From the NCBI GenBank assembly GCA_934162205.1, contig CAKPIA010000002.1, positions 100,494-164,493 on the forward strand: a stretch of 64,000 nt of DNA, in the 5' to 3' direction. Source of the DNA: an uncultured Clostridia bacterium. GTDB taxonomy: Bacteria > Bacillota > Clostridia > TANB77 > CAG-508. The notes beneath the pieces were generated by a model. That model made no database searches, had not been told where the DNA came from, and saw only the letters and a list, made by a program, of their open reading frames with translations. The translations under genes and the position numbers were made by a program. The first letter of the stretch is position 1. The number at the start of each line of letters is the position of its first letter. This document shows, piece by piece, positions 9,671-18,739 of the stretch.

Positions 9671-10606
9671 ATGGTACAAGAAATATATATTATTGATGAT
9701 GATGATTCTTCTGTAGTTGTATTTAGAGAACTGTTTAAAAATGATAAAGAATATAAATTTATAAGTGTTAAATCTGAGCAAATAGATGTGGCTTTAAAAA
9801 ATATACCTTCATTAATTATAATTAATGAAGATGCTATAGATAGAGATGTTGTAGAATTGTGTAAACAAATTAGAAAAGATGAGGATAATACTATAACACC
9901 TGTAATTGTTGTTTCATCAAATACAGATAAAAATCATAGAATAAATATTTTAAAAGAATCAATAGAATATTATATAAAGAAACCAGTTGATGAAGAATAT
10001 TTATATTTTACAGTAAAAAACATAAACAGATTGCTTTCACTAAACAGAAGAATAAGTCCTCTTACAGGATTACCAGGAAATGTACAAATACATGCGGAAT
10101 TAAAAAAGAGATTGTTAAATAAAGAAAAATTTGATGTATTGTATATAGATTTAGATAATTTTAAAGCATATAATGATGTATATGGATTCTTAAAAGGTGA
10201 TGAAATAATTAAATTTACAGCAAGAACAATATTGGAATGTGTTCATAAAGATATAACTGAAAATTGTTTTGTTGGTCATATTGGTGGAGACGATTTTGTT
10301 GCTATAATTCCAAATATTGACTGCGAAAAAATATGCCAAGATATAATAGTAAATTTTGATAATAATGTTAAAAACTTTTTTACAGAAGAAGATGCAAAAA
10401 AAGGTTATATAGAAGTTGAAAATAGAAAAGGTATAATGGAAGAATTTCCATTAACCTCTGTATCTATAGGTGTTGTTATAGCTGATGAAAATAGATTTAA
10501 AAATATATTAGAAATTGGGGAGGTTGGAGCTCAAGTTAAACATGTTGCAAAATCTGTTGTTGGAAGTAGTTATGCTATTGACAGAAGAAAACAAAGTAGA
10601 AATTAA
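9671..10606 (+). CDS. Response regulator receiver domain fused to a GGDEF-family domain with variant GGDDF motif
   Basis: RBS GGAGG, then ATG at 9671; the ORF track's GTG at 9659 sits inside the RBS. GGDEF domain opens with SPLTGLPGN; the active-site motif reads HIGGDDFVAI. Confidence 0.75.
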   Translation: MVQEIYIIDDDDSSVVVFRELFKNDKEYKFISVKSEQIDVALKNIPSLIIINEDAIDRDVVELCKQIRKDEDNTITPVIVVSSNTDKNHRINILKESIEYYIKKPVDEEYLYFTVKNINRLLSLNRRISPLTGLPGNVQIHAELKKRLLNKEKFDVLYIDLDNFKAYNDVYGFLKGDEIIKFTARTILECVHKDITENCFVGHIGGDDFVAIIPNIDCEKICQDIIVNFDNNVKNFFTEEDAKKGYIEVENRKGIMEEFPLTSVSIGVVIADENRFKNILEIGEVGAQVKHVAKSVVGSSYAIDRRKQSRN

Positions 10607-10615
10607 TAATAAATA

Positions 10616-10645
10616 AAAGTAAGAGAGTTATCACTCTTACTTTTA
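10616..10645. terminator. Bidirectional terminator hairpin between the converging GGDEF and GH5 genes
   Basis: aaaagtaagagag-ttatc-actcttactttt. Confidence 0.6.
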
Positions 10646-11755
10646 TTTTGTTTGAAGTTTTTCTTTTATATATTTACCAGTTTCTGATAAATAATTATTT
10701 ATATTATTTTCAGTGCTATTTGTCGGAAAATTTGGCAATAATATTGAAGAAGATTCGTCTTTGTTTGCAAAAGACCAAAAAATCCAACTTATATTTTTAC
10801 TATTTAAATAATTAATCCAGGAATCAAACTCATCAAAGTATCTTTTTCCATTTCCACTTGCATCAGTTAAACCACATTCTGATACGAAAATGCATATATT
10901 TTTATTTAATGCATAATCAATGTTATCTTGAAGCTCTTTACCATGAGTTCCTGAGTAAAAATGGCAAGAATAAGCGATATTTTTAAATTCTAAAGGATTA
11001 TCTGCAACAGGCTTTAATTGTTTACACCAATCTGGTGTTCCTACTATTATTAAAGATTTTGGACTGTTTTTTCTTATTGTTGGAATAATTTTTTCGGCAT
11101 ATGGTTTAACCTCATTATTCCAAGTAATATTGTTTCCATTTGGCTCATTACATATTTCGTAAATTACATTAGGGTTATTTGAATACATTGAAGATATTTC
11201 CTCAAAAAATGTATTAGCTTGTTCATAATATGTATTTGGATTGTTGTCTGCCAAGATATGCCAATCTATAATAACATACATATCTAAATTAATACAATCA
11301 TTAACAGTATTTATAAGTTTTTGTTTTATTGAATTTGGATTTGCAACATATGCATCAGAATACATTGCAATTCTAAATACATTTATTTTCCAATCTTCTT
11401 TTAATTGTTTTAAGTTATTATATGTGAGTACTTCTGGAAACCATTGTATTCCATGACTACTTAATCCTTTTAACTGAATATTTTGTCCTTTTTCATTTTG
11501 AATTTCTGTAGAATTTACACATAACCATCCATTTTTTGAAACAGAGTAGTCAGTAGTTTTTTCACTATTTTTATTAGAATTTTCTGTTATATTTTCATCT
11601 TTTGTATTATTATTTATCTCTTCCTTGGTTTCTATATTATTTTCAGTACTTAAAGTAGTATTATTGTTATTTTTTTGTGAGTTGTATACTAAAAAAATTG
11701 TAAAGATTAATGCAATTACTAGTAAAGCTATTGATAGATATTTAATAAATTTCAT
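10643..11755 (-). CDS. Glycoside hydrolase family 5 endoglucanase (cellulase-like), signal-anchored
   Basis: GH5 catalytic acid/base in ICNEPNG and nucleophile in IFVSECGL. N-terminal TM/signal. Start chosen at the second ATG after RBS AAAGGA. Confidence 0.8.
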   Translation of the reverse strand: MKFIKYLSIALLVIALIFTIFLVYNSQKNNNNTTLSTENNIETKEEINNNTKDENITENSNKNSEKTTDYSVSKNGWLCVNSTEIQNEKGQNIQLKGLSSHGIQWFPEVLTYNNLKQLKEDWKINVFRIAMYSDAYVANPNSIKQKLINTVNDCINLDMYVIIDWHILADNNPNTYYEQANTFFEEISSMYSNNPNVIYEICNEPNGNNITWNNEVKPYAEKIIPTIRKNSPKSLIIVGTPDWCKQLKPVADNPLEFKNIAYSCHFYSGTHGKELQDNIDYALNKNICIFVSECGLTDASGNGKRYFDEFDSWINYLNSKNISWIFWSFANKDESSSILLPNFPTNSTENNINNYLSETGKYIKEKLQTK

Positions 11756-11924
11756 ATACATATTTCCTTTCACATATTAAATTTATAATTTATAGATATT
11801 TTATAATATTAATATTGATTGAGTCAATAAATATATAATATAAAGGGAATAAAATTTTATTAGAATAAAATAAAAAATTTTTCATATAGATATAAAGAAA
11901 AAATATTTATATAGGAGTTTTTTA

Positions 11925-12635
11925 TGGTTGTTTTAAATAAGAAAAGATTAATATTAGTAACAAGTTGTGTTTTAGTTTCTATATTTGCATTTATGTTATC
12001 AAATTCAAAAAATAGTGATGTGATGGAAACAGTTAGTTTGCCTGTATCTGGTAAAACTATTGTTTTAGATGCACGGACATGGAATACCAGATGAAGGTGC
12101 ACAAAGTAGTAATGGAACTACCGAAGCCAAAACTAATTTAAAAATTGCTCTTAAATTACAAAATCTACTAGAACAAAGTGGATGTAAAGTAATATTAACT
12201 CGTTCAGATGATAATGCAATTTATGATGTAGATAGCAAAACATTAAAACAGAAGAAAATATCAGATATTCATAACAGAGTAAAAATAGGTAATGAAAGCA
12301 GTGCAGATATATTTGTTTCCATTCATTTAAACAAGATTCCACAACAGCAATATAGTGGATGGCAAACTTTCTATAAAGATGGTAATAGTGACGGACAAAA
12401 GTTAGCAGTTTCTATACAAAAAAATCTGAATGATTCCATACAAAAAGAAAATAATAGGGTTGCAAAAACAATAGATAATATTTATATAATAAAATATGTA
12501 GAAATTCCTACAACAATAGTAGAATGTGGATTTTTATCTAATCCAGAAGAAGAAAAATTATTATTAGAAGATGATTATCAAAATAGACTTGCATGGGGAA
12601 TTTATAATGGAATAATAGATTATTTTTATGAATAA
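11925..12635 (+). pseudogene. cwlD: Germination-specific N-acetylmuramoyl-L-alanine amidase CwlD, interrupted by a +1 frameshift (or sequencing error)
   Basis: An N-terminal 56-codon ORF (11925-12095, ...PVSGKTIVLDARTWNTR*) and the 188-aa ORF 12069-12635 (HGIPDEG...SIHLNKIPQQQYSGWQTFY...ECGFLSNPEE) are the two halves of a CwlD-like protein. Removing the c near 12074 (gatgca[c]ggacatgga) restores DAGHGIPDEG. Confidence 0.8.
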
Positions 12636-12721
12636 ATGATATAAAAAATATAGTAAATAAATTTTTTATATATAAATATAAAAGTAATACAACATAAGAT
12701 ATTAAAGAAAAAATTTTTTGA

Positions 12722-12748
12722 AAATGGAAATTATTTTCCATTTTTTAT
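12722..12748 (+). terminator. Rho-independent terminator after cwlD
   Basis: aaatggaaa-ttat-tttccatttttt. Confidence 0.65.
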
Positions 12749-12769
12749 TTTGCTTTTTACTCTATTTGC

Positions 12770-12798
12770 ATTGACTTTTTGGCATTTTCATTATATTA
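12770..12798 (+). promoter_or_regulatory. Sigma-A-type promoter for minD-minE-rodA
   Basis: TTGACT - 17 nt - TATTAT. Confidence 0.5.
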
Positions 12799-12845
12799 TA
12801 TTAGTGTTAAAAATAAGTGTTTTTAAAATCCTAAGGAGGAAAGAT

Positions 12846-13637
12846 ATGGGAGAAGTTATAGTTATAACATCAGGAAAAGGTGGAGTTGGAAAAACTACAA
12901 CAACAGCAAATTTAGGTTCAAGTTTAGCACTAGAAGGTAAAAAGGTAGTATTAATAGATACTGATATTGGTCTTCGTAATTTAGATGTTGTTATGGGACT
13001 TGAAAATAGAATTGTATATGATATTGTAGATGTTGTTGAAGAAAAATGTAAGTTAAGACAAGCTTTAATAAAAGATAAAAGATTTAAAGAATTATACTTA
13101 TTACCAGCTGCACAAACAAGAGATAAAAGCGCGGTAAATGAAGAACAAATGAAAAATTTAACAAGTAAACTAAAGGAAGAATTTGACTATATACTTATAG
13201 ATTGTCCAGCAGGAATAGAACAAGGATTTAAAAATGCTATTGCAGGAGCTGATAGAGCAATAGTTGTAACAACAGCTGAAATATCTGCAATAAGAGATGC
13301 TGATAGAATAATTGGATTATTAGAATCCTCAGAAATAAAAAATCCGGAATTAGTTGTAAATAGAATAAGACCTAATATGGTAAAAAAAGGCGAGATGATG
13401 GATGTTGATGATATAGTAGATTTATTATCAATAGATCTTATAGGTGTTGTGCCTGATGATGAATATATTATTACTCAAACAAATAAAGGAGAACCTGTTA
13501 TTCAAAATAAAAGAGCACCTTCTGGAAAAGCTTATTTAGAAATAGCCAAAAGAGTTTTAGGCGAAGATATTGAAGTTACAATTCCAGGTAGAGAAAAGGG
13601 ATTTTTTGCAATGTTAAAAAGACTATTCAAAAAATAA
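12846..13637 (+). CDS. minD: Septum site-determining ATPase MinD
   Basis: RBS AGGAGG, ATG at 12846. Deviant Walker A GKGGVGKTT. Overall ParA/MinD pattern, including C-terminal amphipathic helix KGFFAMLKRLFKK. Confidence 0.9.
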   Translation: MGEVIVITSGKGGVGKTTTTANLGSSLALEGKKVVLIDTDIGLRNLDVVMGLENRIVYDIVDVVEEKCKLRQALIKDKRFKELYLLPAAQTRDKSAVNEEQMKNLTSKLKEEFDYILIDCPAGIEQGFKNAIAGADRAIVVTTAEISAIRDADRIIGLLESSEIKNPELVVNRIRPNMVKKGEMMDVDDIVDLLSIDLIGVVPDDEYIITQTNKGEPVIQNKRAPSGKAYLEIAKRVLGEDIEVTIPGREKGFFAMLKRLFKK

Positions 13638-13659
13638 ACAATTAGAGGAGTAAGAGTTA

Positions 13660-14193
13660 ATGTTTGATAATATATTAAAATTTTTGAAAAAAATGATAAA
13701 AAAAGAAGAAAAAAGTTCTACTTCTAAAGATACTGCTAAAGAAAGATTACATTTAGTTTTATTGCAAGATAGAGCAAATGTATCAGCAGATTTCTTGGAT
13801 ATGATGAAACAAGAAATTATTGAAGTTATAAAAAAATACATAGAAATAGACGAAAGTGCTATTGATGTAAGACTAACAAATAAAGAAAATTCAGATGGTA
13901 CTAATGGAGCACCAGCATTATATGCTAATATTCCTATAGTAAATATAAAAGATGAAACAAGAAAAATGGCAAACAAAGATGAAAAGACAGAAGATAAAGA
14001 AGAAAATAAAGAAATAGTTACTGAAAAAATAGAAAAAAAGAAAGAGAATGAGTTAGAAGAAAAGATAGAAGATAATATAAAAGAAAATGTTGATGTAGAT
14101 AATAAAGAGGCCCCAAATAAAAAAGGACAAGCTGATAAAGAAGAATCACAAGAAAAGGCTGAAGAAAACAAAGAAGAAAATGTAAACGAATAG
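13660..14193 (+). CDS. minE: Cell division topological specificity factor MinE with ~85-aa Lys/Glu-rich C-terminal extension
   Basis: Lies immediately after minD. N-terminal MinE-like region (KERLHLVLLQDR...IEVIKKYIEID). The acidic/basic low-complexity tail makes it 177 aa against about 90 for a typical MinE. Confidence 0.7.
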   Translation: MFDNILKFLKKMIKKEEKSSTSKDTAKERLHLVLLQDRANVSADFLDMMKQEIIEVIKKYIEIDESAIDVRLTNKENSDGTNGAPALYANIPIVNIKDETRKMANKDEKTEDKEENKEIVTEKIEKKKENELEEKIEDNIKENVDVDNKEAPNKKGQADKEESQEKAEENKEENVNE

Positions 14194-14208
14194 AAAAAGA
14201 GTGATTTG

Positions 14209-15315
14209 ATGAGAAAAAAAATGTTAAAAAATGTTGAGTGGTGGATTTTAATATGTGCAATAATATTATCAATTATAGGGTGTGTTGCATTATTTTCTGC
14301 AACTCAAGAAACAAATTATAGCGAATTTAAAAAGCAAATAATATGGCTAATTGCAAGTATTATTATTATGTTTATAGTAATGTTTATAAATTATGAAATA
14401 TTGGTGAAAATATCACCAATATTTTATGGTATATCTATTATATTATTAATAGTAGTTTTATTTACAGAGCCAATAAATGGTGCAAGAAGCTGGCTTGGAT
14501 TTGATAATTTTTCTTTTCAACCAGGAGAAATTTCAAAGGTATTTGTAGTTATGTGTTTGGCATATATAATTTCTAAATTCCAAGAACGAGGAACAAATGA
14601 AATAAATAAGCCATTAAAATTATTAGCAAGCATAGCAATAGTAGCAATACCAGTACTTTTAATAATATTAGAACCAGACTATGGAACAGCAATGGCGTTT
14701 ATTTTTGCATTAATATGTGTATTGTTTGTTGCCGGTTTAGATAAGAAATATATAATAGCAACAGTTTTGATAGTTGCCATAAGTTTACCACTATTATATT
14801 TATTTGTTCTTCCAGATCATGCTAAAACAAGAATAGATGTATTTTTACATCCAGAATCAGATGCTAGAGGTGCAGGATATAATATAATTCAATCAAAATT
14901 GGCAATAGGAGCTGGACAGCTTACAGGTATGGGATTATTAAAAGGAAATCAAACTCAACTAGGCTTTTTATATCCTAAAACTACAGATTTTATATATGCA
15001 GTTATAGGTGAGGAAATGGGATTTATAGTTGCGGGAAGTGTAATTATATTGTATGTTGTTTTGATAACAAAGGCTATTTTTGTAGCTAAAACAGCAAAAG
15101 ACAATTTAGGATCATATATAGCAACAGGAATTGCTGGAATATTTATATTTCATATGTTAGAAAATATAGGAATGACAATGGGCTTGCTACCAATAACAGG
15201 AGTACCATTATTATTTATAAGTTATGGTGGAAGTTCGTTAATAACAAGTTTTATTTGTATAGGATTATTGTTAAATATAAGTGGACAAAGACAAAAAACA
15301 ATTTTTGTAAAATAA
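14209..15315 (+). CDS. rodA: FtsW/RodA/SpoVE family peptidoglycan glycosyltransferase; likely RodA from minE-adjacent context
   Basis: Ten TM helices, family-typical length, position after minDE. Confidence 0.7.
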   Translation: MRKKMLKNVEWWILICAIILSIIGCVALFSATQETNYSEFKKQIIWLIASIIIMFIVMFINYEILVKISPIFYGISIILLIVVLFTEPINGARSWLGFDNFSFQPGEISKVFVVMCLAYIISKFQERGTNEINKPLKLLASIAIVAIPVLLIILEPDYGTAMAFIFALICVLFVAGLDKKYIIATVLIVAISLPLLYLFVLPDHAKTRIDVFLHPESDARGAGYNIIQSKLAIGAGQLTGMGLLKGNQTQLGFLYPKTTDFIYAVIGEEMGFIVAGSVIILYVVLITKAIFVAKTAKDNLGSYIATGIAGIFIFHMLENIGMTMGLLPITGVPLLFISYGGSSLITSFICIGLLLNISGQRQKTIFVK

Positions 15316-15335
15316 TATAATTTGAGTAGGTAAAT

Positions 15336-16310
15336 ATGTATTTAAAAAAATTAAAAATAGGAAATGTAGAATTAGAAAATAATATTATTTTAGCTCCAAT
15401 GGCAGGTATAACAGACCTGCCTTTTAGAGTTATATGCAAAAAATTTGGTCCTGCTTTGGTATGTACAGAAATGGTAAGTAGTAAAGCAATATTTTATAAT
15501 GATAGTAATACTAAAAGACTTATGAAAATAGAAAAAAAAGAAAGACCTGTTTCTGTACAAATTTTTGGTAGTGATGAAGAATCTATGGAAGTAGCAACAA
15601 AGTATGTTAATGAAATAGCAGATATTATTGATATTAATATGGGGTGCCCTGCTCCTAAAGTTGTAAAAAATGGAGATGGAAGTAAATTATTATTAGATTT
15701 AGAAAAAGCAGAAAAAATAATACAAACAGTTGTAAAAAATGCAAAGGTTCCAGTTACTTTAAAATTTAGAAAAGGATGGGACAATGAACATATAGTTGCT
15801 TGTGAACTAGCTAAAATAGCAGAAAAAAATGGTATTTCGGCAATAACAATTCATGGTAGGACAAGGAGTGAATTTTATTCAAGAAAAGCAGATTGGGAAA
15901 TAATTAAAAAAGTCAAAAAATCTGTAAATATACCAGTAATAGCAAATGGGGATATAGTTGATGAGGAATCAGCTTTAAATGCTTTTAAAGAGACAAATGC
16001 AGATGGAATTATGATAGGAAGAGCAGCTGTTGGAAACCCATGGATATTTAGAAATATAATTTATTTTTTACAAACAGGAGAAAAACTTAATGCTGTAAAT
16101 GCAAAAGAAAAATTAGATATTATAAAAGAACATTTAAATCTAGAAATAGAAGAAAAAGGTGAATTAGTTGCTATAAGAGAAATGAGAAAACATATTTCTG
16201 CATATACAAAAAATTTAAAAGATTCTAGTAAATTTAGAGTAGAAATGAATAAAATTGAAGATAAACAAAAACTAATTAATTTATTAGAAGATTATTTTAT
16301 GAATATTTAA
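15336..16310 (+). CDS. dusB: tRNA-dihydrouridine synthase (DusB-like)
   Basis: MAGITDLPFRVICKKFGPALVCTEMVSSKAI; FMN-binding TIM-barrel pattern. Confidence 0.85.
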   Translation: MYLKKLKIGNVELENNIILAPMAGITDLPFRVICKKFGPALVCTEMVSSKAIFYNDSNTKRLMKIEKKERPVSVQIFGSDEESMEVATKYVNEIADIIDINMGCPAPKVVKNGDGSKLLLDLEKAEKIIQTVVKNAKVPVTLKFRKGWDNEHIVACELAKIAEKNGISAITIHGRTRSEFYSRKADWEIIKKVKKSVNIPVIANGDIVDEESALNAFKETNADGIMIGRAAVGNPWIFRNIIYFLQTGEKLNAVNAKEKLDIIKEHLNLEIEEKGELVAIREMRKHISAYTKNLKDSSKFRVEMNKIEDKQKLINLLEDYFMNI

Positions 16311-16326
16311 ATAATTACTGAATAAA

Positions 16327-16361
16327 AATGTTTAAAGGAGTATACCTTTAAACATTTTTTT
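16327..16361 (+). terminator. Rho-independent terminator after dusB
   Basis: aatgtttaaagg-agtata-cctttaaacattttttt. Confidence 0.65.
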
Positions 16362-16376
16362 ATAGGGGGAATTATT

Positions 16377-17033
16377 TTGAATAAGAAAAAACTATTTTTA
16401 TTTATTTTTATAATTATTCTAATAATTTTAGGAATATTTATATTTTTTAATAAAAAAACGGCTAAAGTTTTTAAAATTGGAAATAATATGAGTAGTCAAG
16501 AAATTGCAGAGTACATTTTAAATATTAGTTCATATGAAGCAACTATATCAGTAGAAGTTACAAGTAATAAAAATTCAAATAAATATGTTATAAATCAAAA
16601 ATTTGCTAGTAAAGATTCTAATTGTCAAGAAGTTTTAGAGCCGAGTAATATAAAAGGTGTTAAAATTATACGTGATGGTGAAAATTTAAAATTAGAAAAT
16701 AGTCAACTTGATTTATCAACATTATTTGAAAATTATAATTATATATCTAATAATTGTTTGGATTTAAATTCTTTTATTGAGGATTATAAAAATTGTAACA
16801 CTTCAGAATTTTTAGAAGAAGAAAATCAAATAGTAATGAGAACACAAAATTCTGAAAAAATGTATAAAATATTATATATAGATAAAAAAACACATAATCC
16901 TACAAAATTAGAAATAAAAGACAATAACCAAAAATCTGTTATTTACATATTATATAATGAGGTAAAGATAAATAGTACAAAAAAGGAAGATATATTGGCT
17001 TTTAAATTATATGATTTTGTAAGTAGTATATAA
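16377..17033 (+). CDS. Hypothetical N-terminally anchored protein
   Basis: TTG start after GGGGGA. TM anchor, no recognisable domain. Confidence 0.4.
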   Translation: MNKKKLFLFIFIIILIILGIFIFFNKKTAKVFKIGNNMSSQEIAEYILNISSYEATISVEVTSNKNSNKYVINQKFASKDSNCQEVLEPSNIKGVKIIRDGENLKLENSQLDLSTLFENYNYISNNCLDLNSFIEDYKNCNTSEFLEEENQIVMRTQNSEKMYKILYIDKKTHNPTKLEIKDNNQKSVIYILYNEVKINSTKKEDILAFKLYDFVSSI

Positions 17034-17119
17034 TAAAACTATTTTCTTTACTTTAAACTAGTATTTAAAATTTACAAATATATAGACTTATAAAAATACT
17101 AATATTAGGAGTGAAGAAA

Positions 17120-17470
17120 ATGATGATTAAAAGAGGCGATATGTTTTATGCAGATTTAAGCCCAGTTGTCGGATCAGAACAAGGTGGTATAAGGCCTGTT
17201 TTAATAATACAAAATGATTTAGGTAATAAATATAGTCCTACTGTAATAGCAGCTGCTATTACATCACAAACAAATAAAACAAAATTGCCAACACACATAG
17301 AATTAGGTGAAAACACAAGTGGATTGAAGAGTAATTCTGTTGTTTTAACAGAACAAATAAGAACAATAGATAAAACTAGATTAAAAGAAAAAATAGGCCA
17401 TATTGATGATGTTAATATTATAAATAAAGTTAATAATGCATTAGGTGTAAGTTTTGGATTAGGCGAATAA
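17120..17470 (+). CDS. mazF: MazF/PemK-family endoribonuclease toxin (EndoA-like)
   Basis: [29 protein letters not shown]... is a near-canonical MazF/NdoA N-terminus. No antitoxin-sized ORF lies upstream. Confidence 0.8.
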   Translation: MMIKRGDMFYADLSPVVGSEQGGIRPVLIIQNDLGNKYSPTVIAAAITSQTNKTKLPTHIELGENTSGLKSNSVVLTEQIRTIDKTRLKEKIGHIDDVNIINKVNNALGVSFGLGE

Positions 17471-17473
17471 TAA

Positions 17474-17510
17474 AAAACTTAAAGTTTAATTATTAAACTT
17501 TAAGTTTTTT
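17474..17510. terminator. Bidirectional terminator between mazF and the HD-GYP gene
   Basis: aacttaaagtttaat-tat-taaactttaagttttttt. Confidence 0.65.
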
Positions 17511-18410
17511 TATTATTTTAATTTCTTTATATAAATTATCAATTCCTTCTTTTCTTTTTTTGTAAGCTTGTTTATATTCTTCATATATTTCTGGATAATT
17601 TTCTAAAGTTTCGCTTTTTTGTAATAATAATTTAATACCTTCTAAATAATAATTTTTCTTTTTATCAGTTTTTGAATTTTCCATTTTTTCTTTGTAAATT
17701 TCTATTTGTTCAAATCTAGATAATTCATTTTTTAAAGAATTAACATATTCTTGTGTACAATTTATTTCATAAACAATATCATCTAAAATAACTTTTATTA
17801 AAGCTTTAACTATTTTTGGATCAATTTTTCCATATTTAGAATTTTGACTTGGAATAGTTTGACCAATTATTATTTTTAATGTATCAGATATTCCTATATG
17901 TGATTTATATTGTCTTTTACTAACAATTGCATCATACTCATCAGCAACTTTAACTATTTGAATTTCATAAGGTATATCTTTTTTTGTTAATCCTTGAGGA
18001 TAACCAGAGCCATCTAAAGCTTCATGATGATATAAAGGACCTGGTGCATATGGTCTTAATTTTAAATCTTTCATACACATTTCGTATCCGATTGTTGTAT
18101 GAGTTTTCATTACTTCAAATTCTTCATCTGTTAAAGGACCAGTTTTTTGTAATATTTTTGGTGGTATAAATTGTTTACCTATGTCATGTAAATAAGCACA
18201 TATGGTGCAATACTCTATTGTTTTTTGGTTACAGTGAAGATATTCACAAAGTCTACAAGTAATACTTGCAACATTTTCGCTATGTTTTCTAGTAAAAACA
18301 TCTAATTGATCTAACATATTTAATTGATAACGCATGGATTCATTTAAATTATAAGATTTTAAATTTGTCCTATTATAAAAATCTAGGGTTTGTTCGTTCA
18401 TAAATATCAC
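17493..18410 (-). CDS. HD-GYP domain protein (putative c-di-GMP phosphodiesterase) with C-terminal coiled coil
   Basis: HD motif YLHDIGK; HHEALDGSGYPQGL contains the GYP signature. Confidence 0.75.
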   Translation of the reverse strand: MIFMNEQTLDFYNRTNLKSYNLNESMRYQLNMLDQLDVFTRKHSENVASITCRLCEYLHCNQKTIEYCTICAYLHDIGKQFIPPKILQKTGPLTDEEFEVMKTHTTIGYEMCMKDLKLRPYAPGPLYHHEALDGSGYPQGLTKKDIPYEIQIVKVADEYDAIVSKRQYKSHIGISDTLKIIIGQTIPSQNSKYGKIDPKIVKALIKVILDDIVYEINCTQEYVNSLKNELSRFEQIEIYKEKMENSKTDKKKNYYLEGIKLLLQKSETLENYPEIYEEYKQAYKKRKEGIDNLYKEIKIIKKLKV

Positions 18411-18674
18411 CTACTATAAAATATATCATTAATAAATAAAAAGTGCAATATATTATAATTCGATTGATTATATATATTGTTTTTTAAATGCCGCGTAGCG
18501 AACAACCGGAGCGGAGCGTAGGACGAATAGAGCAGCCTTCCCAAAGGATTCCGAGGGCTGCGACAACAAGGCATAAAAAAACAACTATATAGATTTTTTG
18601 TATTATTGGAATTTTTTAGTAGTTTTTAATGTAAATGTTTTTGTAGAGCTTTGCATAACTTATAGTTCCTATTG

Positions 18675-18703
18675 ACTTTAAGCAAAAATGTGAGTATAAT
18701 TTT
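18675..18703 (+). promoter_or_regulatory. Sigma-A promoter of aspS
   Basis: TTGACT - 17 nt - TATAAT, about 35 nt upstream of the aspS ATG. Confidence 0.6.
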
Positions 18704-18739
18704 ATAATAGCAAATATAGTAAGAGAGAGGGAAAAGTAA

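Noticed and set aside
13623-14171. 182-aa Ser/Phe-rich minus-strand ORF
   Set aside because: Antisense artefact of the purine-rich Lys/Glu tail of minE.
18411-18739. T-box riboswitch upstream of aspS (and of hisS at 44134-44243)
   Set aside because: No T-box consensus (AANNNGGGTGGNACCGCG) or specifier/terminator arrangement. The aspS promoter lies only ~35 nt from the ATG, and the hisS leader is only ~70 nt long.
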